NCBI GenBank assembly: GCA_024704765.1
Contig: JAKMXF010000103.1
Span: 1 to 22,798, forward strand
Length of the DNA: 22,798 bases
Direction of reading: 5' to 3'
From: Oopsacas minuta
Lineage: Eukaryota > Animalia > Porifera
Numbering within the stretch: the stretch's first letter is position 1; every line of letters begins with the position of its first letter. Under the pieces are notes generated by a model. It made no database searches. It was given only the letters and a program-made list of their open reading frames with translations, and was not told the origin of the DNA. This document shows, piece by piece, positions 1 to 11,300 of the stretch. The position numbers were made by a program, and so were the translations under genes.

Positions 1-1047
1 AGTGCCTTCATTTTACTGCCTAGCTTCTATAATGTATCTTGTAATTGTTTTCTCTGCTCTACCTAAGTAAATTACTACAATATAATTTAAGAGCAGTTAT
101 AGAGTATATCAGAAATACAGAACAATTCTCAATAGGTTTATGTGGATTTCTATAAACCATAGCTTTCTAATACACTAAGCCAACGGCACCAACATTTTTC
201 TGGAACCAGGGATTGGTTAAACTAGTTTGGGATTATTATGCTGGAGTGTATATCTCAGAGACATTGCGCTTTGGGTCGAATGAATGTATCACACACTTGT
301 AGATATACATGTCATCATTCCATAAAAGCAAAAACTGTGTCAAAATATGCCAAATTATATATTTTGTAATCAATAATTCAGCGAATTATCAAAAAATGCT
401 CCATCTTTAATCCATGTAGAATGTTAAAAGATATTTGATTAAGATGTTGAAATATGAAATGTTCCAAAATCGTTTCTACACACAATATAAAAATTTTGTC
501 ATGATAAAGTTACCAAGTTTCTGAGTTATAGCACATGCCATTGCCTTAGTGAATTAGAATGCAGGCAGGTCAGGAAATTGCCCGAATCCTCACAAATTTT
601 GCTTCCTTAGTATAATTCAAAAAATTCGGCTATCAAACACAACGATTATTTCATCGAGGCTTACGGTATAATTATACAGATTCTATTGTATTCTTATTCT
701 GACATATATAACTCGAACAAGTTACGAAATACAATTCCTATAATTAACAAAACACAAAAATGTTCTCAGAGATTAGTTTGTTGGTAACTTTATTGGATTA
801 ATTACATAATATTACCTATTATACTTCTTGTTTATTTGGTTATTTGATATTTAAGCCCTAATATGACCAGAAATGCCATTATCAATTACACTTGGACGTT
901 GTGGATGCGAGTTAGGGTAGTTTCCTGGCTGAAAGATAGCGGAGAAATCTGTACAAGTATATTTGGGATATTTATAGGAGAAATGAGGAATTTAGTTTTC
1001 AATTTAGATAAATTCTAGTTCTATAAAACACGCTTTCAGCTCCAAAG

Positions 1048-1087
1048 CATACATAATATGTTTTAGTCATACATAATATGTTTTAGT
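1048..1087. repeat. Perfect 2 x 20-bp tandem duplication inside the left palindrome arm
   Basis: catacataatatgttttagt occurs twice here but once in the mirrored arm. Confidence 0.9.
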
Positions 1088-1292
1088 TGATGCTCGTTGA
1101 GTTTCAGCTATTATTGCAAGCTATTTTTCGGGTGAATCAGGTGAAGGAGATTTCCTTAATATCATAAACCAAAGGAATAGTTATTTAATATCCAGTGCAT
1201 TAATTAACTACAATCAGTTATATTTTTATTTATCTGTAGTGTATGAATTATTCAATTTGATAATATCGCAATCTAATTTATATCTGAAAATA

Positions 1293-1475
1293 CAGTAGAG
1301 TCTGGTTAATACGCCAACGTTTAAGTCGTAACTCTTGATAAGGAGTACAAATTTGTACACTTTATCAGTCCCCTTCGATGCTTTTCAATGTAAATTAGTT
1401 CGGATAATACATACTCTGGATAAGAAGTATGTATTTTGTCAGTCCCCTGGTGTACGTATTGACGAGGTTCTACTG
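1293..1475. mobile_element. pogo/Tigger-like (Tc1/mariner superfamily) MITE
   Basis: TA-cagtagagtctggttaatacg ... cgtattgacgaggttctactg-TA: the terminal inverted repeats (TIRs) match at 17/21, with TA on both sides and no ORF. Confidence 0.8.
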
Positions 1476-1828
1476 TATTTTCAGATATCAGAATTAGATT
1501 GCGATATTATAAACTTGATTGAATTAATGCACTGAATATATAGAATGACTATTCTCTGGTTTCTGATATTATGGAATCTCCTTCATCTGAGCAGAAACCA
1601 GAGAAATACTTGCAATAATAGCCAAAACTCAACGAACATCAACTAAAACATATTATGTATGTTTTGGAATTGAAACTTAGATTTTATCTAAAGTGCAAAT
1701 TACATTTCTTCATTTCACAAATAAGTATATTTCGTACAAATATTCATCTGGCAATATTGTCACATCGAATATAGCAATTGAGGCTATAGGGGAACTGAAA
1801 ACGGAGGGGTTAATTTTATTTGTAGGAA

Positions 1829-2074
1829 GTAGGAATAGGGATTGTAGGAACAGTCAAGTAAACTGGTCTCATTACCATAACAGCCAAAGTCGAGTAGATT
1901 AGTTAGCATCAGGGTCATAATAGGCAATAGTACTTTCGATGACTGAAGAATAGCCTAATGCCTGACATGTGACTGTAGCATCTGCATCATCCCAGCCATC
2001 GTCACAGATATAGCCCCATGCACTGTTGTAATAAATATCAACTATAGCCCTACACTTGTCACAAAGCCATTAAG
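1829..2074 (-). pseudogene. Frameshifted scavenger receptor cysteine-rich (SRCR) domain remnant
   Basis: The minus strand reads LNGFVTSVG / IVDIYYNSAWGYICDDGWDDADATVTCQALGYSSVIESTIAYYDPDAN / NLLDFGCYGNETSLLDCSYNPYSY, with frame changes near 2046-2047 and 1901. These are classic SRCR motifs (WG.ICDD.W, VTC..LG, C.G.E.SL..C). The C-terminal cysteines are missing. Confidence 0.8.
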
Positions 2075-2210
2075 TCAATTATGATATAATACATACTTAG
2101 TGAGAAACAAAACATAATATAAAAAGTTTGAGAATTATACATACAAAATTTATAATTATTACAAATGCCATTTACAATTCTAATTTGAACAAATATTTTC
2201 CAGTAATTAA

Positions 2211-2362
2211 TTATTTTTTATCCAAAGGTTCAAAGATTGGGTTTTGTATAAAATCATACTTTTCGCTTCCAGTCACTACTAATGATTTTTCATTTTCAGC
2301 ATTATCTTGTGCTATTGGGAAAGACTCCATCGTTTCATTCTCTATTAGGTTGATTTCTGAAC
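2211..2362 (-). CDS. aGPCR exon 32: terminal cytoplasmic tail (GSEINLIENE...YDFIQNPIFEPLDKK*)
   Basis: A TTTTGTAG acceptor at 2363 and a phase-1 GTTAGT donor at 2932 join in frame. 49 open codons follow, then TAA at 2213-2211. Confidence 0.7.
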
Positions 2363-5300
2363 CTACAAAAGACAGTTCAAATAATTAAATACTAATAGAA
2401 CAGTGGAGTTTCCATTAATTTTTGATGGCTATGACATTTAAGAGAAATTGACTCTAGTAAAACATATTTCTGAAAGTAGAAAATTATCATCGAATTGAAT
2501 GCCAAAAATTCGATACTACTTATTTGAAGAATTATTCTGATAACATAACTAATACTTTTATCTCAAAGTGCTTTATCAAAAATCCTGCAGATTTTACGCA
2601 GTGATGTTACTTTTTAAACTCATGAATTGACAGTTATTTGACACACTGCATAATAGGGTCACCTCCTATCTGGTTATTCGACTAAATTACCGGATAATTT
2701 TACACTATTTATGTTGTATTTAATTTCTCCGGGTTAATATGGTTGCTTCGGGCCAATTGATCTGATTAACAGATGGCTCTATTAATTAATTAAGCAGAGT
2801 ATACTGTAATTGATAATTCAGTAAATGTGTCATGAACATACTCTCATCAGGTAGAGTATTTTGCTTTACAAAAATATAGTAATTATAATCTTGATTTATC
2901 AATAAAAAAATCGGCGAACGAAATTAACTAACCATGATATAATGTATTTTTTTGCATTTCACTGTCTCCAGATCTTGATTTCTTCTTAATCTTGTATTTT
3001 AAAGTGCCACTCTTCACTCTGCTTGAAATAGTATTAGATGTAGTTTGAGTGTTTCTTTTCCTTTTAAATATCGCTCTAACTTCCGCATTTCCTAACGTAA
3101 CCACAATAAAGAATATAAGGCCCATACCTCCATTCAATAGGATGAATATCCATTCTACAACTGTGCTCCGTATGAATATGTTGAATATTAGAATCACCCA
3201 AGGTAATCCTAAGATTGGTGTTAGAATTAAACTGTATATTAATACATTCTTTATTAACCCAAGCCTTTGATCTTCTCCTGCCTTAGCTCTAGCTGTTACA
3301 ATCCGTACAACAGCGAGAATGAGTAGTATAAGATTGATGAGGAGAAGGATAATTATAGGGGAAATAAACGCCCATATAACTCCATAGTTAATATTGAGGA
3401 AACAGTGCTCACTGGGGTCTACGTAGTTTTCTCTTGTTACAGCAATTGTTATTATTGGAATAACCAAAGGGAACGTCCATCCGAACACGATGAGATACGG
3501 GTAGATCTTCCTCGTGGTCATTACAGCTGTTTCAAAAGAAATATTAGTAAATAATGGTATCACAATCAACAAAATTGTATTATATTTCTCATACAGTCAA
3601 CTCCCGTTATATCGAAGCTCAAGAGAGCACGATATTTCCTTTGATACTGAGTTCGATATTAACCGATGATATTTATGTTACTTTGAAGATTTGTGACTAT
3701 ATTTCTACAAGTTAGATTTAGAATAGAGCGGATAGCTCGATGTAACGGGAGTGACTGTATTTAATCTCAAATTTTTCTTCAAGATTGTTTAGATGACCCA
3801 GAAAGAATTACATTAGAAATGGAACAATAAATCCGATTGGGTCTGTTCACTCTTTTGAACAAAAATTTGCTGTAACAGGGACTAAGGAGCAATTATTATA
3901 TAATTATATATAACATGGAAGCGTACAATGTATCTTCCCATATACTATTATATATTCTACGTAATCAACTCACCTATAACCAGTTTGAAAATTATGAAAA
4001 TTCCATTACACAGAGTCCAAGTGAACACTGCTAACCAAATATAGTGCAATAAGAATCCAATGATTAAACAAACAAAGTCATTATGAGTCCCACTCTCTAT
4101 TCCGAGCAGGAACAGTCCTGTAGCTAGCAGCATTGACAGACAGTAGTTGAAATAGATTATGTTTGCTTCCACTTTGAAAAATGGCTTTCCAGCTATGAAG
4201 AATAGAATCAAAGAGATTAGCAAGAAGATGAATGAAATGCTGACAAGCAGGTAGCTGAATATGGAGATGACCAACTCTTCAGTTTCACTAGTTGGAATAT
4301 CGTGGGGTGTAACAAATACCGCGAAACTAGTGAAGTGTGAAGTACTACAGATTGTTAAATTCTCATCGGGAACAGAGGTTGTTTGAATACCATCACTATT
4401 CCATATTGATCCATTCAATGCAACACATATGGATTCTAAATTAGCAGTAAACTTTGTGTAGAATGCTATCTCTGCCTAAAGATAAATAGAATTATAAATT
4501 CACGAACAGTTAACCAAATTTTCTCGTATAAGATTGAGATACAATTTTTCAATAACGAATACACAGTATACAAAGTTTGGTAATAAACTTACATCTTCAG
4601 ATAACTCGATTCTCCCGTATACATTACTTTCCTCTTGAAGAGTTTCAATTATAAGAATGTCGCTAGCCTGTGAAGACATACCTTCTCCAGGGTCTACTGG
4701 TTGATTACTATCTCTATTTATTAGGGTTGTTGCAACCTAAAATGTAGAAAAAGATATTCAAACTAGACATAATTTAACTACGAAAATTAAGTTGTTTTCA
4801 AGAAATAAATCAATATTATTAAATCTCAATTGTTGTTTGTCTGTTTGTTTGTCCTTTGAATAGCTCGAGGCGCAATGTGCCGAGTTCATCGCGAAGCGAC
4901 GAGCCAAAGGCTCGTTTCGTTAATATTCCTATTGGTCAGACCAGTACACAAAATTTGCAATATTTCCATATATGGAAATTCAGTTACAAGGAGCTGAACT
5001 CATTTAAGATTATAATATTTCTGAATCATTTACCGCTATATTTCCATCAACTGCGAGTTGTTGTGCCACGGACTGAGGAATTGAGAATTGAGTGTTGAAT
5101 TCTGTACTTGAGTTGACAATACCAGGAAAAACATAACTAGACTGTGATTCTGTCACACTTCTGGCCTGAACAACTATAGTCACAGTCCTTGACTCAATAA
5201 CTTGTATACCTGAATCAAGATCTCTCAGAATATTTTGACTGATATTTTGGATTGAATTGATTGCAATCAGTTCAGGAGTATTAATGGATGCAACTGAATT

Positions 5301-8300
5301 GGACATTCCTTCAGGCTAGATAGTAACCATGCATAATTATTGCATTGAACATATGGGCGTAAGATTATTATATAATTATTTTAGAATTCTGATAATCACA
5401 TTTCAAATTCAATTTTGCATATTTACCTATCGTTTTGCCTGACAAATTTTGCAAAAATAGGCAGAATAAACCGATTTTCGAATGCATACACTGCACTATA
5501 CTAGAATGATTAGATGGATTAGATGGATTAGATGGATTATTTAGGATTAGAAAGTGAAAATTTAGTTAGGTAAATAGCATATGGTGGAATGTACGTAACT
5601 CACATCGATCATAGTAGTATTATTGCTGCTAGAATTAACCTCCAGACTCCTATCTATAATCCCCTCAGCTGCCTCCAATAGCGAAATGACAGTCTCCTCA
5701 TCTAGGGACATACCATTACTCAGTGATTTGTTAACTAGTAAGGCATACGTGCTAGCTACTTGTTCAAGCTGCTCTTCATCTTCAGCTGCACCTGAGAGCA
5801 ATGCTACAGCAGCAGAAGCAACTTGACTTTGGTCATTAGTAATTTCAGTTTGATTCATCAACTGAGTTGCAACGTCATCAATATCCATTACAGTAATACT
5901 CAAATTGAACCTAACAGAACGTACATCTCTACCAGCTGTATTCTCAGCAATGCAATAGAATATTCTATCATCTGATAATAGCTGATTTGTAACGGTTAAT
6001 ATGTGTGATGAAATATTCTCGAATTTAGAATTCGTCCAGTATATAGTTGTCAGTGATAGTTTTCCTTTTGACTCACAAATGAGAATATGTTCAAAGGTAA
6101 TATTGAATTCCACATCCAATGTTATGTTTTCTGAAGGCAGAATTATTGTTGGAAATACTAAAAGGAGAAAACTGAATCATTCTTTCCGATCTTGGAGGTT
6201 CGAAGTATATTCTAATTAATATTTTAACATTGTCAGTTCACTTACTTGCTGATGTTATTTCTGCTACTGGTAAACTCAGAAGTGAAAAATCTGCACTCGT
6301 TTGCTACAAAAGTATAAATATATTAATTGTTATTTGCAAAATGCCTGTTATAGATACAAGTAGATATATATGTCAGCTGACTGAACTGAAAAGGATACTA
6401 ATTATGGAAAAAGTGATTATTGCCACTCTCATGTTTGATGATAATCTTACCCAAATCGACCAAAATTGACAATATTCGATACTCACCATATCTTCATCTA
6501 AGAATAGAATATAATAGCTATAGGACACTGTTGTTCCAGGATTTAACGGTAGATTGGTATAGGTTATTCCATTGTAAGTTGTTTCTTCTCTTGATCCAAT
6601 GATAAATGAGAAATAGTCTCCTGGTTGATTGAATAACGAAGAACCAAGAGCTGCTTGAATACGAACTCTAGTAGATTTATCACCAGACCCGTATATAAAA
6701 CCATTAGTATCAGTGGTATTCGTATTGATAGCAGAAAATCTTTCTGTTGTAGTATATCCAGTAAATATTTCTGGATTGTTGTAGTCCGTGATAATATAGA
6801 TGACACTAGCATAACAAATATAATTATTCCAATACATATGGCCAGTATTCGAAAATCGTTATTTTGTGGTTTTCTGATTAGAGAAAGAATGAATCACCAG
6901 TGAGTGGAGAATACATATGAAGTTAACAATAATTGACGTGCTGTATTTCTAATTACAAATATTTTGTCAGGAAAGTTCATTAATATACAAAAATTGATTG
7001 CTATTATAAATTACGTACATAAAAGGGAAATATGGATTGATTGTATTGAATTACCAAAAAGGAAAATAACAAATGAAATGAAAATTCTTTATTAATGAAA
7101 TTCTGATTCACTATGTTTATATACGAATATTATACACGGATAGAACACGGATAGAACACGGATGGAACTCGGATGGAACTCGGATGGTAGCCATTCGGGA
7201 AACAAAAATAAGTAAGTATTAACCGAGTGCACGTCTTATCCGTGTTCTAGTGTATATGAGAACATATTTAATCGTTATAACATACCCTATGTTGGCTGTT
7301 ACAAATAGACTTTGTGTTGGCACAAATATTTCTACTGTGTATAGAGCTGGTTGAGTAGACTGAGTAGGAGTTGGTTCAACAGGTACTTCACTTGGAACTA
7401 TATTGCAATACAAGTATGGAATAATAATTATCATCAAGGAAAGTGAATATAACATACGGTACGTGAATTTCTCTTAATGAATATTCAATAAATAGAGAAT
7501 ACAACTTACCTAGTGGATATGTTGTATTAAAGATTGGTTGTGATCTGATACTAATTCCTTGTTGGGTGACTACATTTATACTGATTGAATATTCTGTATT
7601 TGGTAATAGGTTAGATATAATCTGTTCATACGGTCCTGAATTTCCATCAGCAAAGTATTGAATTTGTTGCTCTGTATCTCCAGGAATTTGGTAGAATATG
7701 TTAAAACTTTGTAGAGCTCCATTCAAAGTAGTGAAATCATTCTCAAATGAAACTAGTAGTGACATCTGAAGCGTTCCTATTGGTGCAGTTATTGGGATCA
7801 CTGTAATAACGATGGGAGGACCGGTAGGAGCTAGAATAGAGAATATAATTATAATACTTGTATACTATATTAGAATATACGTATAATAAATATGATACAC
7901 AAATATCTTGATAAGTAGTGAAATTCATTCGTTTAGACTGAACCAAGTATTTTATGACAAACCATTTGCAGCTAGAGTTGGAGGTATAATGGTAACGAAA
8001 GGTGTTCGCCCAAGAGCAGTCTGAATAGATACATTAACCTCGTACTCATAATTAGGGAGAAGATCATCTAGAGTAATACTATTATCGTCTATAGGGAATG
8101 TCATAAAGAGTTCAGGAGTCATATTTATAATCACACGATCGGATTGTCTTCTTCTTCTCATATCAGTTGGAAATACGCTGTCTTCAAATAGGAATCCTTG
8201 GTAAATACAGATATATTGAGTAGCTGGGGAATTTAGTACTGATACTGGAACAAAAGGGATAATTAGAGTTATACTTGTTGAAGTGGTTTGAATCATTACA

Positions 8301-11300
8301 TCATCAGGTGTAAATACTGGTACAGTAGGAGGAGAAACTAAAGAAAGGTTAACATAATGTAGTAAGTATAGTTAGATATGTTTACCCTGTATTTAATGAC
8401 AATAAATGCATTGGAGTATAGCTCTGACCTTGGCTGAACCAGAAGATCCGATTGTTTCAATGATCACCGTGTCAGTTCATTTTAGCGCGAATCCAACTTT
8501 CCACCCATGTACCCCCTGTTGTCGTTCGTGGAACACAAATTGCACTCATGTTGGACACAGTATAGTTTAGCCTTTGCACTAAACAACCAACCTGCTTCTG
8601 TCATGATATATCTGGTCTCACTCGAAGCACCTAAGCCAGCTCCATTTCCAACTCTTACACTAACTACATACATCGTTCCTTCGTCTACATTATCGAAACA
8701 TACCATAATGATAGTAGATTGGACACTATAGCAACTAGCATCATTTATATTACATGTTCTGTTACTGGGACCTGATATTTGAATACTCGATAAGTTTACA
8801 AAATATCTGTCAATTAAACCATTTTGATCAATTGCTGGTGGGTTGGTAAATCGTACACATATTTGTGTAGGATTATTACTTGATACAGTAAGAATATTTG
8901 GAGCAGCAGACACTAAAAGAATAAGAAAACACAATCAATTCTATGTATGTAAGTTTGTTTACTGTTTTGAATATGAAATAATGCATCCTTAGCATGCCAA
9001 TGTCACATTTGCTGACAAAGCCCTCTCATTGTGGCGTAAGATTTAAAAGGGCCTGAGTATGAGTAGTCTTAACATATTCAACAAACCTGCTTCATTAGTT
9101 AACTGCACTACTCCATCAGTATATTCACTTGTTCCTGCTACATTAATAGCTCTAACACCAATAGTATAATTATTATACTCTTGTAATCCAGTCAGATCAA
9201 CAGAAATTTGTGTTTCAGCTGGATAGTTTGAATTTGGTGCATTTACCATTACAAACTGAGTATTAGTATCAAATATCTCTCCTGTATAGCTGATATTATA
9301 CATGAGATCAGGTCCATTCTGATCTATTGCAGGAGGAGGATTAAATGTTACTCTAATAGATGTAGCACTCAATGTTACTGTCATTACGTTTTGAGGTGTT
9401 TCACTGGGAGCTATTTGGAATATAAACAAATAGTAGATAAAATTTTGCAAAACTCTGTTTTTCAAAGGGAAAAAGAATATATTATTGAAATTAAGAGCGA
9501 TTCAGAGAACCATCTCTTATACGAATATAGTCAGTAAATTTTACAGTGTATTATCACTATCCTGCACCCTTTTACATACAAGATTATTTCTTATACAAAG
9601 CAAAAGGACATTATTAGCAAATTGATTCACATCTCACCTGCGATATCTGCCAACTGCACTACTTCATCTGTGTATTCACTTGTTCCTGCTACATTAATAG
9701 CTCTAACACTAATAGTATAATTGTTATATTCTTGTAGTCCAGTTAGATTAACAGAAATTTGTGTAACAGCTGGATAGTTTGAATTTGGTGCATTTACCAT
9801 TACAAACTGAGGCTCAGTATCAAACATCTCTCCTGTATAGCTGATATTATACATCAGATCAGGTCCATTCTGATCTATTGCAGGAGGAGGATTAAATGTT
9901 ACTCTAATAGAATTAGCACTCAATGTTTCTGTCATTACGTTTTGAGGTGTTTCACTGGGAGCTATGGAGAATACAATTATAATTATATAGTTTATACTAT
10001 ACAGCTCCATGTGTATATATCACTGTTGAATTAGTGTATTAATTATACTGAATTAGATCAATTAATCTTACCTGCGATATCAGTTAACTGTACAATTCCA
10101 TTTGTGTATTCAGTTGTTCCTTCTACATTAATAGCTCTAACACTAATAGTATAATTGGTATATTCTTGTAATCCATTTAGATTAACAGAAATTTGTGTAT
10201 CAGCTGGATAGTTTGAATTTGGTGCATTTACCATTACAAACTGAGGATCAGTATCAAATATCTCTCCTGTATATCTGATATTATACATCAGATCAGGTCC
10301 ATTCTGATCTATTACAGGAGGAGGATTAAATGTTACTCTAATAGATGTAGCACTCAATGTTTCTGTCATTACGTTTTGAGGTGTTTCACTGGGAGCTATG
10401 AAAGAATGCATATAAATACTATTATATAGATAATGAACTCAGGACAGCGGTTACGGCCAGCCGGAACATGATCATTTTTGTAATGTGCATTCCTATACTA
10501 TTAGTAAAGTATCTGTGCTACGATACTAATAGGAAGCATATTAATAATATGGATTTCAAAGTGTTCATTATTTTCATCAAATTGATAAATTATACCGAAA
10601 GAGAACGATCAATCTTACCTGCGATATTAGTTAACTGTACAACTCCAAGTGAAAATTCACTCATTCCTTCATCATTAATAGCTCTAACACTGATAGAATA
10701 ATTGGTATATTCCTGTAATCCAGTTAGATTAACAGATATTGGTGCAGTAGCTGGATACGATATGGGATCTGAGAAAGATATATTATCAAACTGATTAGAA
10801 GTGTCGAATATCTCTCCTATGTATCTGATATTATACATAGTAATAGGTCCATTCTGATCTATCTCAGGAGGAGGATAAAACATTACTCCAACAGAATTAG
10901 CACTCAATGCTACTGTCATTACATTCTGAGCTGTATCACTGGGAGCTATAAATTAGAAATATTGAATAAATACAGATTAACTATTATGATAAATATTCTG
11001 TATTATAACTTACCAGCTGGGTCAGTTCTCAAATAAACAGGATCACTGAAAGGACTGAGTCCAACTAAATTTCTAACAGCGAAACTAACAGAATAGTTAA
11101 CAAATTCTTCTAGTGGTGATAAAATAGTAAATTTGAAGGTGGTATCATTTGTATTAGTAATAGGAACAGTGATTATCTGGCTTGTTTCTATATCTATTCC
11201 TTGTAATCTAATCTCAACTGACTCAAGTGCACCATTGTGTTCATCTATATCTGGTATCCTCCAAGTACTGTTTAATGCTGTGGAGTTTATTACAGTGATA

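Larger units (their letters stand above)
950..1740. repeat. Long imperfect palindrome (foldback-like element); arms ~950-1290 and ~1478-1740
   Basis: catacataatatgttttagttgatg (1068-) is mirrored by catcaactaaaacatattatgtatg (1637-1661). gaaggaga..tcc.taatatca, gtgcattaatt and taatatcgcaatctaatt...tatctgaaaa are also mirrored. Arms are roughly 75-85% alike by eye, and the outer boundaries are uncertain. Confidence 0.8.

Noticed and set aside
1-65. Possible minus-strand exon after an acceptor-like ttacttAG at 63-64
   Set aside because: All three frames stop within 17 codons, and no domain is recognisable.
850-935. Apparent inverted similarity of 852-935 to the SRCR remnant (1850-1930), which would extend the palindrome
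   Set aside because: The match is short and gapped, lies about 90 nt off the palindrome diagonal, and the plus-strand translation is not SRCR-like. Probably chance.
2640-2808. Further pogo-like MITE ending ...gcagagtatactg-TA in intron 31
   Set aside because: Only the right end is recognisable; no left TIR.
6564-7946. Alternative-frame minus ORFs 6564-6812 and 7743-7946, and 15344-15562
   Set aside because: They are out-of-frame overlaps or intronic. The domain-bearing frames and splice phases support the other reading.
8338-8591. GC-richer intron 21 as a hidden exon (LNYTVSNMSAIC... resembles an FN3 end)
   Set aside because: All minus frames hit stops, and I found no phase-compatible splice pair. 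Origin unexplained, possibly a transposon fragment.
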